64,000 nucleotides of DNA from Thermodesulfobacteriota bacterium (GTDB lineage Bacteria; Desulfobacterota_D; UBA1144; Nemesobacterales; UBA2774): NCBI GenBank assembly GCA_965216785.1, contig OZ244197.1:1472001-1536000 (forward strand), read 5' to 3'. Both the position numbers and the translations under genes were made by a program. Below, piece by piece: positions 9,419 through 18,484 of this stretch. Below the pieces are notes generated by a model, which worked only from the letters and a program-made list of their open reading frames with translations, was not told where the DNA came from and searched no databases. The number at the start of each line of letters is the position of its first letter. Position 1 is the first letter of the stretch.

Positions 9419-10876
9419 ATGAATATAAAGCTTGTATTACATGTAATCGGTACTTTTTTAAAGTTCTTCGGGTTATTACTCCTCATACCGGCCATCTGTT
9501 CATTGATATATCGGGACGGGGATCTGTATATATTCCTGCTGGCACCGTTTTTAGCCAGTACCTCGGGATTCATTTTAGAGAAAGTGTTTAAGGAATCAAA
9601 AGAGATAGATTCCATTGACAGAAAAGAAGCTTTTCTAATAGCTTTTTTGTGCTGGGCTGTAGCTAGTGTCTTCGGCGCTATCCCGTATATATTGATACTG
9701 GATCTTTCTCATCCCATAGACGCTCTGTTCGAGTCGATCTCGGGGTTTACAACAACCGGCGCGACTATTCTAAGCGATATTGAGAGCATGCCGCACGGAA
9801 TTTTATTCTACAGGAGTTTTACTCAATGGCTTGGTGGTATGGGGATTATAATTCTGGGCATAGCTATACTCCCTAAGCTCTCAGTAGGAGGGATGCAGCT
9901 TATGGGCTCAGAAGCCCCCGGGCCTGTAACCGAGAAACTGACGCCTAAAATTGCTGAAACCGCAAAAAAATTATGGTTTGTATATATCGCCCTATCACTC
10001 TTGTTAATCGTTTTGCTTTCAATTTCAGGCATGCCCGTGTTCGATTCGATTGCAACAGCTTTCAGCACCTTGTCCACCGGCGGTTTTTCAGTCAGGAACG
10101 CCAGCATTGAGTCTTACGACAGCGCCTTAATTGAAACTCTGGTAACCGTCTTTATGTTTTTCGGCGGAGTAAACTTTCTTCTCCATTATTACTTCTTGAC
10201 CGGAAGGTTTTCAAAGGTCTTCAAGAGCTCGGAGCTCAAGTATTACTTTCTCTTAGTCATTCTTTTTACTCTCCTGATTACTCTCAACTTGTGGCATACG
10301 CAATATGGGGGGTTTTTAGAGGCGCTCCGCTACTCGTCTTTTCAGGTAGTTTCCATCATATCGACTACCGGGTTCAGCTCTGCAAATTTTGATCTTTGGC
10401 CCACCTTCTCTATTTTCGCGATACTCACGCTCATGTTCATCGGCGCCTGCGCTGGTTCAACCTCAGGTTCAATAAAGGTAATCAGGATTATCATTTTGAT
10501 TAAAAAGATTTTTTCAAGAGAATTAAACCATCTCATCAAGCCCCGGGTAGTAGAGGTGCTGAAAGTAGATAAAAAAGCGGTAACGAATGATGTAATATCG
10601 ACCGTTACAAGCTTTATCCTGCTCTATATTCTGATCTTTGCGATATCCGTGCTGATGATACTACTTGTAGAGGATATATCAATCCTGGGAGCTATCTCGG
10701 CATGCGCCGCTTCCATCGGTAATGTGGGTCCCGGATTTTTAGAGTTCGGTGCAGTTCAAAACTACGCTTTTCTCACAAGGTTTTCAAAATTCCTGCTCTC
10801 TTTTTTAATGCTTGTCGGTAGACTCGAGATATTCACTGTGCTCGTCATTCTCTCCCCTGTTTTCTGGAGGAAATAA
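9419..10876 (+). CDS. trkH: TrkH/TrkG potassium uptake membrane protein
   Basis: FESISGFTTTGAT, QWLGGMGII, STGGFS, STTGF, GACAGSTSGSIK, GNVGPG, MLVGRLE. Confidence 0.95.
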   Translation: MNIKLVLHVIGTFLKFFGLLLLIPAICSLIYRDGDLYIFLLAPFLASTSGFILEKVFKESKEIDSIDRKEAFLIAFLCWAVASVFGAIPYILILDLSHPIDALFESISGFTTTGATILSDIESMPHGILFYRSFTQWLGGMGIIILGIAILPKLSVGGMQLMGSEAPGPVTEKLTPKIAETAKKLWFVYIALSLLLIVLLSISGMPVFDSIATAFSTLSTGGFSVRNASIESYDSALIETLVTVFMFFGGVNFLLHYYFLTGRFSKVFKSSELKYYFLLVILFTLLITLNLWHTQYGGFLEALRYSSFQVVSIISTTGFSSANFDLWPTFSIFAILTLMFIGACAGSTSGSIKVIRIIILIKKIFSRELNHLIKPRVVEVLKVDKKAVTNDVISTVTSFILLYILIFAISVLMILLVEDISILGAISACAASIGNVGPGFLEFGAVQNYAFLTRFSKFLLSFLMLVGRLEIFTVLVILSPVFWRK

Positions 10877-10895
10877 GTATCTAACTCTAAAATCC

Positions 10896-11777
10896 TCAAT
10901 ATTGAAAAACCTTCCCGAGCTCCTTTTTGAAAAAATCTATGCAGATTTTCATTTTCTCATTATCGATAAGCTCTTTTTGTGTAATCAGCCAAATCGGAGA
11001 GCCAAAATCGTAAAACCGCTCGCTTACCTCAACAAGAGAATTGTCCATATCTTTATAAACGCAGGGCAGAAGTCCTATGCCAATTCCGGCTTTCACAGCC
11101 GCGTAAACGCTCTCCATCGAGCTTGCTTTTAGTGAGATGTTCTCTTCCCTTATCTTACTCCTGAGCCATTTGTTTGATTTTGTGTGCTCGATCTTTTCAC
11201 TGCCTGCGATAAAGCTGTTTTTCTTAAAAAAGTCAGCTGTGTTAAACTTGGGTTTACCTTTAAGATAGTCTTCAGTTCCATAAAATGCCCAAGCGCCTCT
11301 TCCGACTTTCACTGCGTATACGTGTGGTTCCACTGAGTCAGACGACCTTATAGCCAGGTCCGCTTCTCGCTTATACATGTCAAAGAAGTCCTCGGCTACA
11401 TTTATGTCTAATTGCAGTTGTGGGTAGAGCTTATGGAATTTGGCAAGCAGCGGTGGTAGCACTACGTTCGCTATAACGTCAGTAGTAGTAATGTTTACAG
11501 TGCCGAACAGCTCCGTAAGGTCGTCTTCTAGAAACTTATCTATTTTTGACATCTCGTCCTCAAGATGAGAGGACTTTTTCATAAGCCCCTCGCCCCAGCT
11601 CGTAAGTAAGTAGGTGTTTGCGGCGCGCTTAAACAGTTTCTTGCCTAGCTTCTTCTCAAATCTGTTTATCCTTCTATAAACGGTAGTCTGATCTACCCCG
11701 AGCCTCTCCGCGGCCCTCGATAGATTAAGAGTTTTCGATACCTCCAAGAACACTCTCAGATCATCCCAGTTATACAT
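10896..11777 (-). CDS. LysR-family transcriptional regulator
   Basis: NWDDLRVFLEV...LSRAAERLGVDQTTVYRRINRFEKKLGKKLF HTH; READLAIR. Confidence 0.93.
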   Translation of the reverse strand: MYNWDDLRVFLEVSKTLNLSRAAERLGVDQTTVYRRINRFEKKLGKKLFKRAANTYLLTSWGEGLMKKSSHLEDEMSKIDKFLEDDLTELFGTVNITTTDVIANVVLPPLLAKFHKLYPQLQLDINVAEDFFDMYKREADLAIRSSDSVEPHVYAVKVGRGAWAFYGTEDYLKGKPKFNTADFFKKNSFIAGSEKIEHTKSNKWLRSKIREENISLKASSMESVYAAVKAGIGIGLLPCVYKDMDNSLVEVSERFYDFGSPIWLITQKELIDNEKMKICIDFFKKELGKVFQY

Positions 11778-11806
11778 GCGCTCTCACCTCGGAATAAATT
11801 ATATCC

Positions 11807-11871
11807 TGCAGTTATGCAAGTGAAAACCTGCAAACAAACTGATTGACGTGCATTGTTGCAGGTTCTATTAT
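11807..11871 (+). promoter_or_regulatory. Divergent promoter with two TGCA-N4-TGCA operator-like sites
   Basis: TGCAgttaTGCA 11807-11818 and TGCAttgtTGCA 11849-11860; TTGACG (11843-48)-N17-TATTAT (11866-71). Confidence 0.55.
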
Positions 11872-11955
11872 ACTCACTAACGCACAAATATGAAATAGAA
11901 AAAGAGTTTTGGTCAAAATGAGCACGGTAAAAAATATTTGAAGGAGGTCATTTCA

Positions 11956-12744
11956 ATGAAATATACAAGATTTAGAGTGGGACTGTATTTAATAGCTCTC
12001 TTAATGCTGGGTATGGGCTTGCATATAACCAAGGTGAGCGCACAAGAAGAGGTCCTGCCCCCGCCGCAGCTCGTAAGGAACGCATGGATGCTGATTATCG
12101 GTTACGAGGCCGACCCTGAAGCCATCAAGGCCGTTTTGCCCGAGGGGCTAGAGCCCCATCCGAATAACAGGGTGGTGCTCAATATGTACACCGTACCTGA
12201 AGCAGATCAGACATCGGGGTTCGGAGCTTATACGCTTACCTATGTTACTGTAGAGGTAGCAGGGCAGGACTCCTATACCATGGGTCAGCCTACCGGGTTT
12301 CCGGGCAGATACTTTGCCTACTATTTCAACAGCTCCCCTGTAATGAGGGCGTTCACAAAGCCCGCGGGCATACCGGCGGAGACGGGTTTTACTACTACAA
12401 CCGTCAAGGACGGCAAGCTCACAGCAACTCTTGAAATAGACGGAGTAAAGTTCATCGAATCTACAGCTGACGTAGGCTCTGATTTCGTTGGAGTGCTGGG
12501 CGGGCATTTAAACTACTTTGGTTTACTTCAGTCTCAAGGCATGCAGCAGGTCGTGAAGTACCCAATCCCCTGGATCGGGTATCCAGTGAATACCGAGAAC
12601 GCTACGGTTAATTTCACCATGCCTGAGGACCATCCTCTATATAAGTTGAAACCTAAGAAAGTAGACTGGGCCGTTTGGATTAGAGGAAGTTTTGTATATC
12701 CTCAGTATCAGGTTATTCACGAGAATAAAACCGCAAAAAAATAA
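11956..12744 (+). CDS. Acetoacetate-decarboxylase-like (ADC fold) protein with signal peptide
   Basis: AGGAGG RBS; signal peptide ending VSA-QEE; YEADPEAIKAVLPEGLEP, GFGAYT, PLYKLKPKKV resemble ADC-family hallmarks. Confidence 0.7.
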   Translation: MKYTRFRVGLYLIALLMLGMGLHITKVSAQEEVLPPPQLVRNAWMLIIGYEADPEAIKAVLPEGLEPHPNNRVVLNMYTVPEADQTSGFGAYTLTYVTVEVAGQDSYTMGQPTGFPGRYFAYYFNSSPVMRAFTKPAGIPAETGFTTTTVKDGKLTATLEIDGVKFIESTADVGSDFVGVLGGHLNYFGLLQSQGMQQVVKYPIPWIGYPVNTENATVNFTMPEDHPLYKLKPKKVDWAVWIRGSFVYPQYQVIHENKTAKK

Positions 12745-12842
12745 TACTGCGGATTCTTGATTCAATGATATATTAGTATTCTGTCTACCGTGCTCATTTT
12801 GACCGGCATTAGGTAAAGTCTTATAACAAGAGGAGAATTGAT

Positions 12843-13868
12843 ATGAAATTCGGTATTGGATACTACAGCCTTCAGTCGCCGCCACACAACAAGAGACCGC
12901 ACTTAGATCTTTATACGGAAATGCTAGAGGAGGTCAAGACCGCGGACCAGATGGGTTTTGACTCTGCCTGGCTCACGGAGCACCATTTCCTCGGGGACGG
13001 TTATTGTCCCTCACTTCTTTTAGTTGCGGCTGCCATAGGCGCGGTGACCCAGAATATCCGTATCGGCACAGGTGTTCTTCTGCTGCCTCTCCATGACCCC
13101 GTGCGTGTGGCCGAAGACGCCGCCGTGGCAGATTTAATATCAAATGGCCGATTGATACTCGGACTCGGCCTTGGCTACAGACAGGAAGAGTTCGACGGAT
13201 TTGGCCGCTCGCTTAAGGAGAGAAGGGGGCGCATGGAAGAAGGGATCGAAATAATACAGAAAAGCTGGACAGACGAGCCCTTCAGCGTAGACGGCAGGTA
13301 CTATAAGCTCGAAAACGTAAACGTAACTCCAAAGCCCGTTCAAAAACCAATACCCATATGGATAGGCGCTTTCACAGAGCCCGCTATCAGAAGGGCCGCG
13401 AGAATAGGCGCCCCTCTTTACGTGCCGGCAATCGGTATCATACCTATAATCAAATACCTATTAGATATGCACGCTGATCTCCTCAGAGAGTATGGGAGAG
13501 ACCCTGCTGATTTCGAAAAACCGCTCGTAAGAGAGATGTACATATCCGATAAGAGCGCAGACGATACGTGGGAGGTAATTAAAGAGCACGTCACATACAC
13601 CGCCAAGGGCTACGCGTCCTGGGGCTCCATGGTAGACCGCGAGGGGAACCTGCTCTCAAACCCCGATGACCCGGTTCTCTACGATATAGCGAGAGACCAG
13701 GCAATAATAGGGACCCCGGAGGAATGTATCGACGCGATTACTCAGTACAAAGAAGAGCTGGGCATCGATAACCTTATCTGCCGCTTCAAGTTCCCGGGAA
13801 TAAGCCATGAAGAGGCTATGAGGTCGATGAAGCTATTCGTGGAAAAAGTGCAGCCGAAAGTCTCTTAG
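12843..13868 (+). CDS. LLM-class (luciferase-like) flavin-dependent oxidoreductase
   Basis: GFDSAWLTEHHF, IRIGTGVLLLPLHDPVRVAED, SNGRLILGLGLGY, PKPVQKPIPIWIG. Confidence 0.93.
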   Translation: MKFGIGYYSLQSPPHNKRPHLDLYTEMLEEVKTADQMGFDSAWLTEHHFLGDGYCPSLLLVAAAIGAVTQNIRIGTGVLLLPLHDPVRVAEDAAVADLISNGRLILGLGLGYRQEEFDGFGRSLKERRGRMEEGIEIIQKSWTDEPFSVDGRYYKLENVNVTPKPVQKPIPIWIGAFTEPAIRRAARIGAPLYVPAIGIIPIIKYLLDMHADLLREYGRDPADFEKPLVREMYISDKSADDTWEVIKEHVTYTAKGYASWGSMVDREGNLLSNPDDPVLYDIARDQAIIGTPEECIDAITQYKEELGIDNLICRFKFPGISHEEAMRSMKLFVEKVQPKVS

Positions 13869-14018
13869 CTCTACATTAATATTCCCCGGGTCATAATCAA
13901 ATACCCTTCTCCGGGATATTTTTGTTTCGAGCGGTATGAAAATAATACACCTTGCTTAACTAGAGCTTAATATAGTCCTGGCATACTATTTCCAATCATA
14001 TATTCTTATACGGGGAAT

Positions 14019-15422
14019 ATGCCAATGCCAAACTTGCTGCTTGAAAATAAGACATTTGACGAGATTAAGATAGGTGATACCGCAAGCATCTCAAAGACTC
14101 TGACTAAAGATGATATAGACAAGCTTGCGGCTTTGTCCGGCGACTTGAACCCAACACATATTAACAGTGATTATGCCGAAAAATATAATTCGAGCGGTCT
14201 TACGGCACATAGTATATGGAGCGGCCTTCTTACCTCCGCTCTTCTCGGGACCGAGCTCCCTGGTCCCGGTACCGTGTATGTATCTCAGCAGATGGATTTT
14301 AATAAGACGTTGAAATCGGACGATACCATCACGCTGACTATCAAAGTTATCGACAAGGCTCCCGAAACAAAGACCGTAAATTTTGAATGTATTTGTCTAA
14401 ACCAGGACGGTGAGACTGTTATGACCGGAAGCGCCTCGGTGCTCGCGCCCATAGAAAAAGTATCCGTTGAGAGCGCTGATAGACCTGAGATAATTGTTAA
14501 GACTTACAATAAGTATCAGGACTTCATAGAAATGTGCAGTGCCCTCGATTCCCCCCGCACAGCCGTTGCTCACCCCTGTGATGAGTCCTCACTGAGGGCA
14601 GCTCTTGTCGCAAGCCAGGAGGAGCTTATCGAGCCCGTACTCGTTGGGCCTGGCGGTAGGATAAACAATATCGCCGAGAAACTCGAAATAGATATTTCCG
14701 CATTTGCAATAGTCGATACCCCGCACAGCCATGCCTCCGCCGCAGAAGCCGTAAGGCTCGTAAGAGAAGGGGAGTGCGAGGTGCTGATGAAAGGGAGCCT
14801 CCATACCGACGAGCTTATGGCGGAAGTGATTAAGAGCGATACCGGGCTCAGGACAGAGCGAAGGGTAAGCCATGCTTACGTTATGGACGTGCCCACATAC
14901 CATAAACCGATTATAATCTCGGACGCGGCCGTTAATATCTACCCGAGCCTTGATGAGAAGGTCGATATCTGCCAGAACGTAATCGAGCTTGCGCATATCC
15001 TGGGCATAGAGACGCCCAAAGTCGCCATTATATCTGCCATTGAAACTGTTACTTCAAAGATTCAGTCAACGCTTGACGCTGCAGCGCTCTGCAAGATGGC
15101 TCAGAGGCGGCAGATAACGGGAGCCATACTAGACGGACCGCTCGCATTCGATAACGCGATCAGCCGTAAAGCGGCTGATGTAAAGGGCATTAAGTCTGAA
15201 GTAGCCGGAGACCCGGATATTATCATCGTTCCGGACCTCGAATCGGGCAATATGCTCGCAAAGCAGCTCACTTTTATGGCAAGGGCCGAGGCCGCGGGCA
15301 TTGTTCTCGGGGCGAGAGTCCCGATAGTTCTGGCCAGCAGGGCAGATTCGCTGCGCACAAAGCTTGCCTCTTGCGCGGTAGCCGCGCTCATGGCAAATTC
15401 CTACAGAATCTCCAAAATATAA
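14019..15422 (+). CDS. Bifunctional MaoC enoyl-CoA hydratase / phosphate acyltransferase
   Basis: N-terminal SGDLNPTH and LGTELPGPGTVY (MaoC); C-terminal LMKGSLHTD, DGPLAFDNA, VPDLESGNML, SRAD (PTA/PTB). Confidence 0.92.
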   Translation: MPMPNLLLENKTFDEIKIGDTASISKTLTKDDIDKLAALSGDLNPTHINSDYAEKYNSSGLTAHSIWSGLLTSALLGTELPGPGTVYVSQQMDFNKTLKSDDTITLTIKVIDKAPETKTVNFECICLNQDGETVMTGSASVLAPIEKVSVESADRPEIIVKTYNKYQDFIEMCSALDSPRTAVAHPCDESSLRAALVASQEELIEPVLVGPGGRINNIAEKLEIDISAFAIVDTPHSHASAAEAVRLVREGECEVLMKGSLHTDELMAEVIKSDTGLRTERRVSHAYVMDVPTYHKPIIISDAAVNIYPSLDEKVDICQNVIELAHILGIETPKVAIISAIETVTSKIQSTLDAAALCKMAQRRQITGAILDGPLAFDNAISRKAADVKGIKSEVAGDPDIIIVPDLESGNMLAKQLTFMARAEAAGIVLGARVPIVLASRADSLRTKLASCAVAALMANSYRISKI

Positions 15423-15439
15423 TAGAAGTTCGTAATCAT

Positions 15440-16615
15440 ATGATACTTGTAATAAATACAGGGTCTTCGAGCGTAAAGTTTGCTGTCTATAAGATGACAG
15501 ATACCGGGGTACAGAGCGCGGTTTGCCGGGGCGGAGTGGAATATATCGGCTCATCTCCAAGATTTTCGGTAAGCGGCGGAGATACTGTGACAATCCAAGA
15601 TATGGAGCTTGACGCAAACTCTGTTTCTACCCACGGCGACGCGGTCGAATGGATCCTCGACTGGATCGAATCTGAACTTCCGCACGCGCTTATCAGTGCA
15701 GTAGGCCACCGTGTAGTTCACGGGGGAGCAGAGTATTCGTCTCCCGCGGTAGTCGATCAAGTAACTTTAGAAAAACTAACAGAATTTGAAGAGCTTGCGC
15801 CCCTTCACCAGCCTTACAACGTGGCAGGCATAGCGGCGATTATGAAATCACACCCCGGTATTCCACAGGTAGCGGTCTTTGACACGTCTTTTCACCGCAC
15901 CCAGCCTAAAATTGCCGAGATGTTTGGTCTTCCCGAGGAATACTATCAATCCGGAGTTCGCCGCTACGGGTTCCATGGTCTGTCTTACGAGTATATTGTG
16001 AGCAAAATGCATGTGATTTCCCCTTCGGTTGCAAATGGCCGCATGATTGTAGCGCATCTTGGAAACGGCGCAAGTATGTGCGCTGTAAATGAACGAAAGA
16101 GCGTCGCGACCACAATGGGTTTTTCAGCCCTTGACGGCCTGCCCATGGGCACGCGCAGCGGCAGCATCGATCCGGGCGTCGTTATCTACTTAATACGTGA
16201 GAAAGGATTTAAAGTAGAGCAGGTAGAGGACCTCTTTTACCGAAAGTCCGGTCTACTTGGTATCTCCGGCATTACCAACGACATGGAGACGCTTACCTCG
16301 AGCGGTGAGCCCGGTGCGCGCTTGGCGGTCGAATATTTCACTTACAGATGTATACGCGAAATCGGCTCACTCACAGCCGCCTTGGACGGTCTCGATGCAC
16401 TCATCTTTACGGCTGGTATCGGTGAGAACAGCCCGGTCATCAGAGAGCGGATATGCGTCGGTCTTTCGTGGCTCGGTATAAGCATTGATGAGGAGAAAAA
16501 CTCCGCCAATAAGGAGCTGATTTCAAAACCGGGTACTTCTCCCGCTGTGTATGTAATCCCAACCAACGAGGAAATAGTAATCGCCCTTCATACGGCTAAT
16601 GCGCTTAAATCCTAG
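15440..16615 (+). CDS. ackA: Acetate/propionate kinase
   Basis: ILVINTGSSSVKF, GHRVVHGG, APLH, FDTSFH, RRYGFHGLSY, HLGNGAS, FTAGIGEN, PTNEE; start placed at ATG 15440. Confidence 0.95.
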   Translation: MILVINTGSSSVKFAVYKMTDTGVQSAVCRGGVEYIGSSPRFSVSGGDTVTIQDMELDANSVSTHGDAVEWILDWIESELPHALISAVGHRVVHGGAEYSSPAVVDQVTLEKLTEFEELAPLHQPYNVAGIAAIMKSHPGIPQVAVFDTSFHRTQPKIAEMFGLPEEYYQSGVRRYGFHGLSYEYIVSKMHVISPSVANGRMIVAHLGNGASMCAVNERKSVATTMGFSALDGLPMGTRSGSIDPGVVIYLIREKGFKVEQVEDLFYRKSGLLGISGITNDMETLTSSGEPGARLAVEYFTYRCIREIGSLTAALDGLDALIFTAGIGENSPVIRERICVGLSWLGISIDEEKNSANKELISKPGTSPAVYVIPTNEEIVIALHTANALKS

Positions 16616-16707
16616 TCATACCGTTTTTAGTGATAGTATTAAGAGTGTGGTTTCCTGTATATAATTAATCCACTGACAATACCAAGTAGATTGTATAAGA
16701 GGGAGCA

Positions 16708-17433
16708 ATGTCTGAAAAAACCAGCGCTTGGGAGATAGAAGAGAATGCAAGGGAGTTCCTCGAGTTCGAGCGGAGTGCGATTCCGTCCGCGGACCTGCAG
16801 TTTAAAATCATCGGTAAGATTGTACAGGAGTGGTGCAGTAGTCCCTCCACTATACTCGATCTTGGCTGCGGCGACGGGGTTTTGGGACGGTTTTTGCTGA
16901 GCGTATTCCCTGGTGCATTAGGGGTTTTCGTCGATTTCTCAGACGCCATGCTCGATGCCGCGCGTGAAAATCTCGCCGGCACTTCCGGAACACAAGTATT
17001 GAAAGCGGATTTCTCTTCACCTGATTGGATCGATTCTGTTTCAGCGCATAAACCCTACGACATAGTAATTTCAGGATTCGCTATTCACCACCAGCCGGAT
17101 GAGAGGAAAAAGGAGATTTGCTCTGAGATCTACAGCATTCTGTCTCCGGGCGGTATATTCCTCAATCTAGAGCACGTGAGGTCTCGTACTCCAGAGGTTG
17201 AGCAGCTGTTTGAGGAATACTATATAGACCACCTGCATGATCATCACTCGGCTGCAGGCTCAGGAACTACTAGGGATGATATAGCTAATGGCTACCAAAA
17301 CCGCCCTGATAAAGATGAAGACAAGCTAGCGGATGTCCACGATCAATGCGGCTGGCTCACAGAGATCGGGTTTCGTGACGTAGACTGCTTCTTCAAGCTT
17401 TTTGAAATTGCCCTTTTCGGGGGGAGGAAATAG
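16708..17433 (+). CDS. Class I SAM-dependent methyltransferase
   Basis: ILDLGCGDG, VDFSDAML, YDIVISGFAIHH, LSPGGIFLN. Confidence 0.9.
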   Translation: MSEKTSAWEIEENAREFLEFERSAIPSADLQFKIIGKIVQEWCSSPSTILDLGCGDGVLGRFLLSVFPGALGVFVDFSDAMLDAARENLAGTSGTQVLKADFSSPDWIDSVSAHKPYDIVISGFAIHHQPDERKKEICSEIYSILSPGGIFLNLEHVRSRTPEVEQLFEEYYIDHLHDHHSAAGSGTTRDDIANGYQNRPDKDEDKLADVHDQCGWLTEIGFRDVDCFFKLFEIALFGGRK

Positions 17434-17444
17434 CAGGAGCGGTA

Positions 17445-18323
17445 TTACTCTTTTTTAAACTTTTCTGTATTCACAATATAAAGGCCAATAAACACTACAA
17501 CCATCCCAAGTATCTGTTTGTATGATATCTCCTCATTTAGTAACAATGCACCGCCAATTACTCCGAAAACGGGAATTAAGTAGAACATTGTTGAGGTGAA
17601 ATAAGCCCCTGCCTTTTGAATAAGATAGTAGTAGATAAAGTAACCTCCCGCGGAAACAAGCGCGCCCAGATAGAACTCTGAAAGTAAGTCTATATCACTT
17701 ATGCGGCTTACGATCGGTCTTTCAGTCGCTACAGCTATCAGCCACAAAAGCACAGAGCTTATGCCAAGAACGTATGTAGTGGTTACCACAACATCGATTC
17801 CCTTGGCTTTTCTCTCCATTATTATCGCGTTTAGAGCAAAGGAAAAGAATGATCCTGTGAGAAGGATAATACCAAGCGCTGTTGATTCCCCTCCCAGTAC
17901 CTTTTTATATCCTACAGTGAAGAATAGCCCGACAAGCGCTATCAATAAGCCCACAAATCCCAGGAGCTCAAACTTTTCGGTCCTGAGTATAAAAAGAAGA
18001 ATCGCGTAGGTGAAAAGAGGTATGGAGGCGTCCATAATGGATCCGATGGATGCGGAAGTATATTCAAGACCCTCAGCCAATAAAATCCAGCACACAACGA
18101 TGCCCAAAAGACTAAAGAGCATAAACATCCAAAAGTGTTTTAGATTTCCCCGGATGTCCCTTTTCTGAGCAATACTGACTGCGAGCAGGATTATAAAACC
18201 GATTGAGCATCTACATGCCATCACAGTTATAGCTTTAAAATCATACTCCGCTATTTTCAACACAGCGAATGCAATTCCCCATATCATGGAAACCAGTAGG
18301 AGAAGCAATACATTTTTGAGCAT
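17445..18323 (-). CDS. EamA/DMT family transporter
   Basis: About ten TM helices; IWG motif, YLIPVFGVIGGALLLNE. Confidence 0.9.
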   Translation of the reverse strand: MLKNVLLLLLVSMIWGIAFAVLKIAEYDFKAITVMACRCSIGFIILLAVSIAQKRDIRGNLKHFWMFMLFSLLGIVVCWILLAEGLEYTSASIGSIMDASIPLFTYAILLFILRTEKFELLGFVGLLIALVGLFFTVGYKKVLGGESTALGIILLTGSFFSFALNAIIMERKAKGIDVVVTTTYVLGISSVLLWLIAVATERPIVSRISDIDLLSEFYLGALVSAGGYFIYYYLIQKAGAYFTSTMFYLIPVFGVIGGALLLNEEISYKQILGMVVVFIGLYIVNTEKFKKE

Positions 18324-18484
18324 GAATTCCAGATTCCTCTCGAGAATAGAATGACTTCCCGCTTACCGTTCTATCATCAATATACTCAGATTATATAAAA
18401 ACATGTACAGAGGAGCATAGACCTCTCCCAATAGCTATTGTATATAGAAGGAACCGAATATATACGTTCTTGGAATATCAACCT

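Noticed and set aside
15371-15439. Longer ackA N-terminus, and similar upstream extensions of fmt, rsmD, the sulfatase, the hybrid kinase, the aminotransferase and the thiolase
   Set aside because: Family homology and/or RBS position point to the downstream start codons used in the feature list
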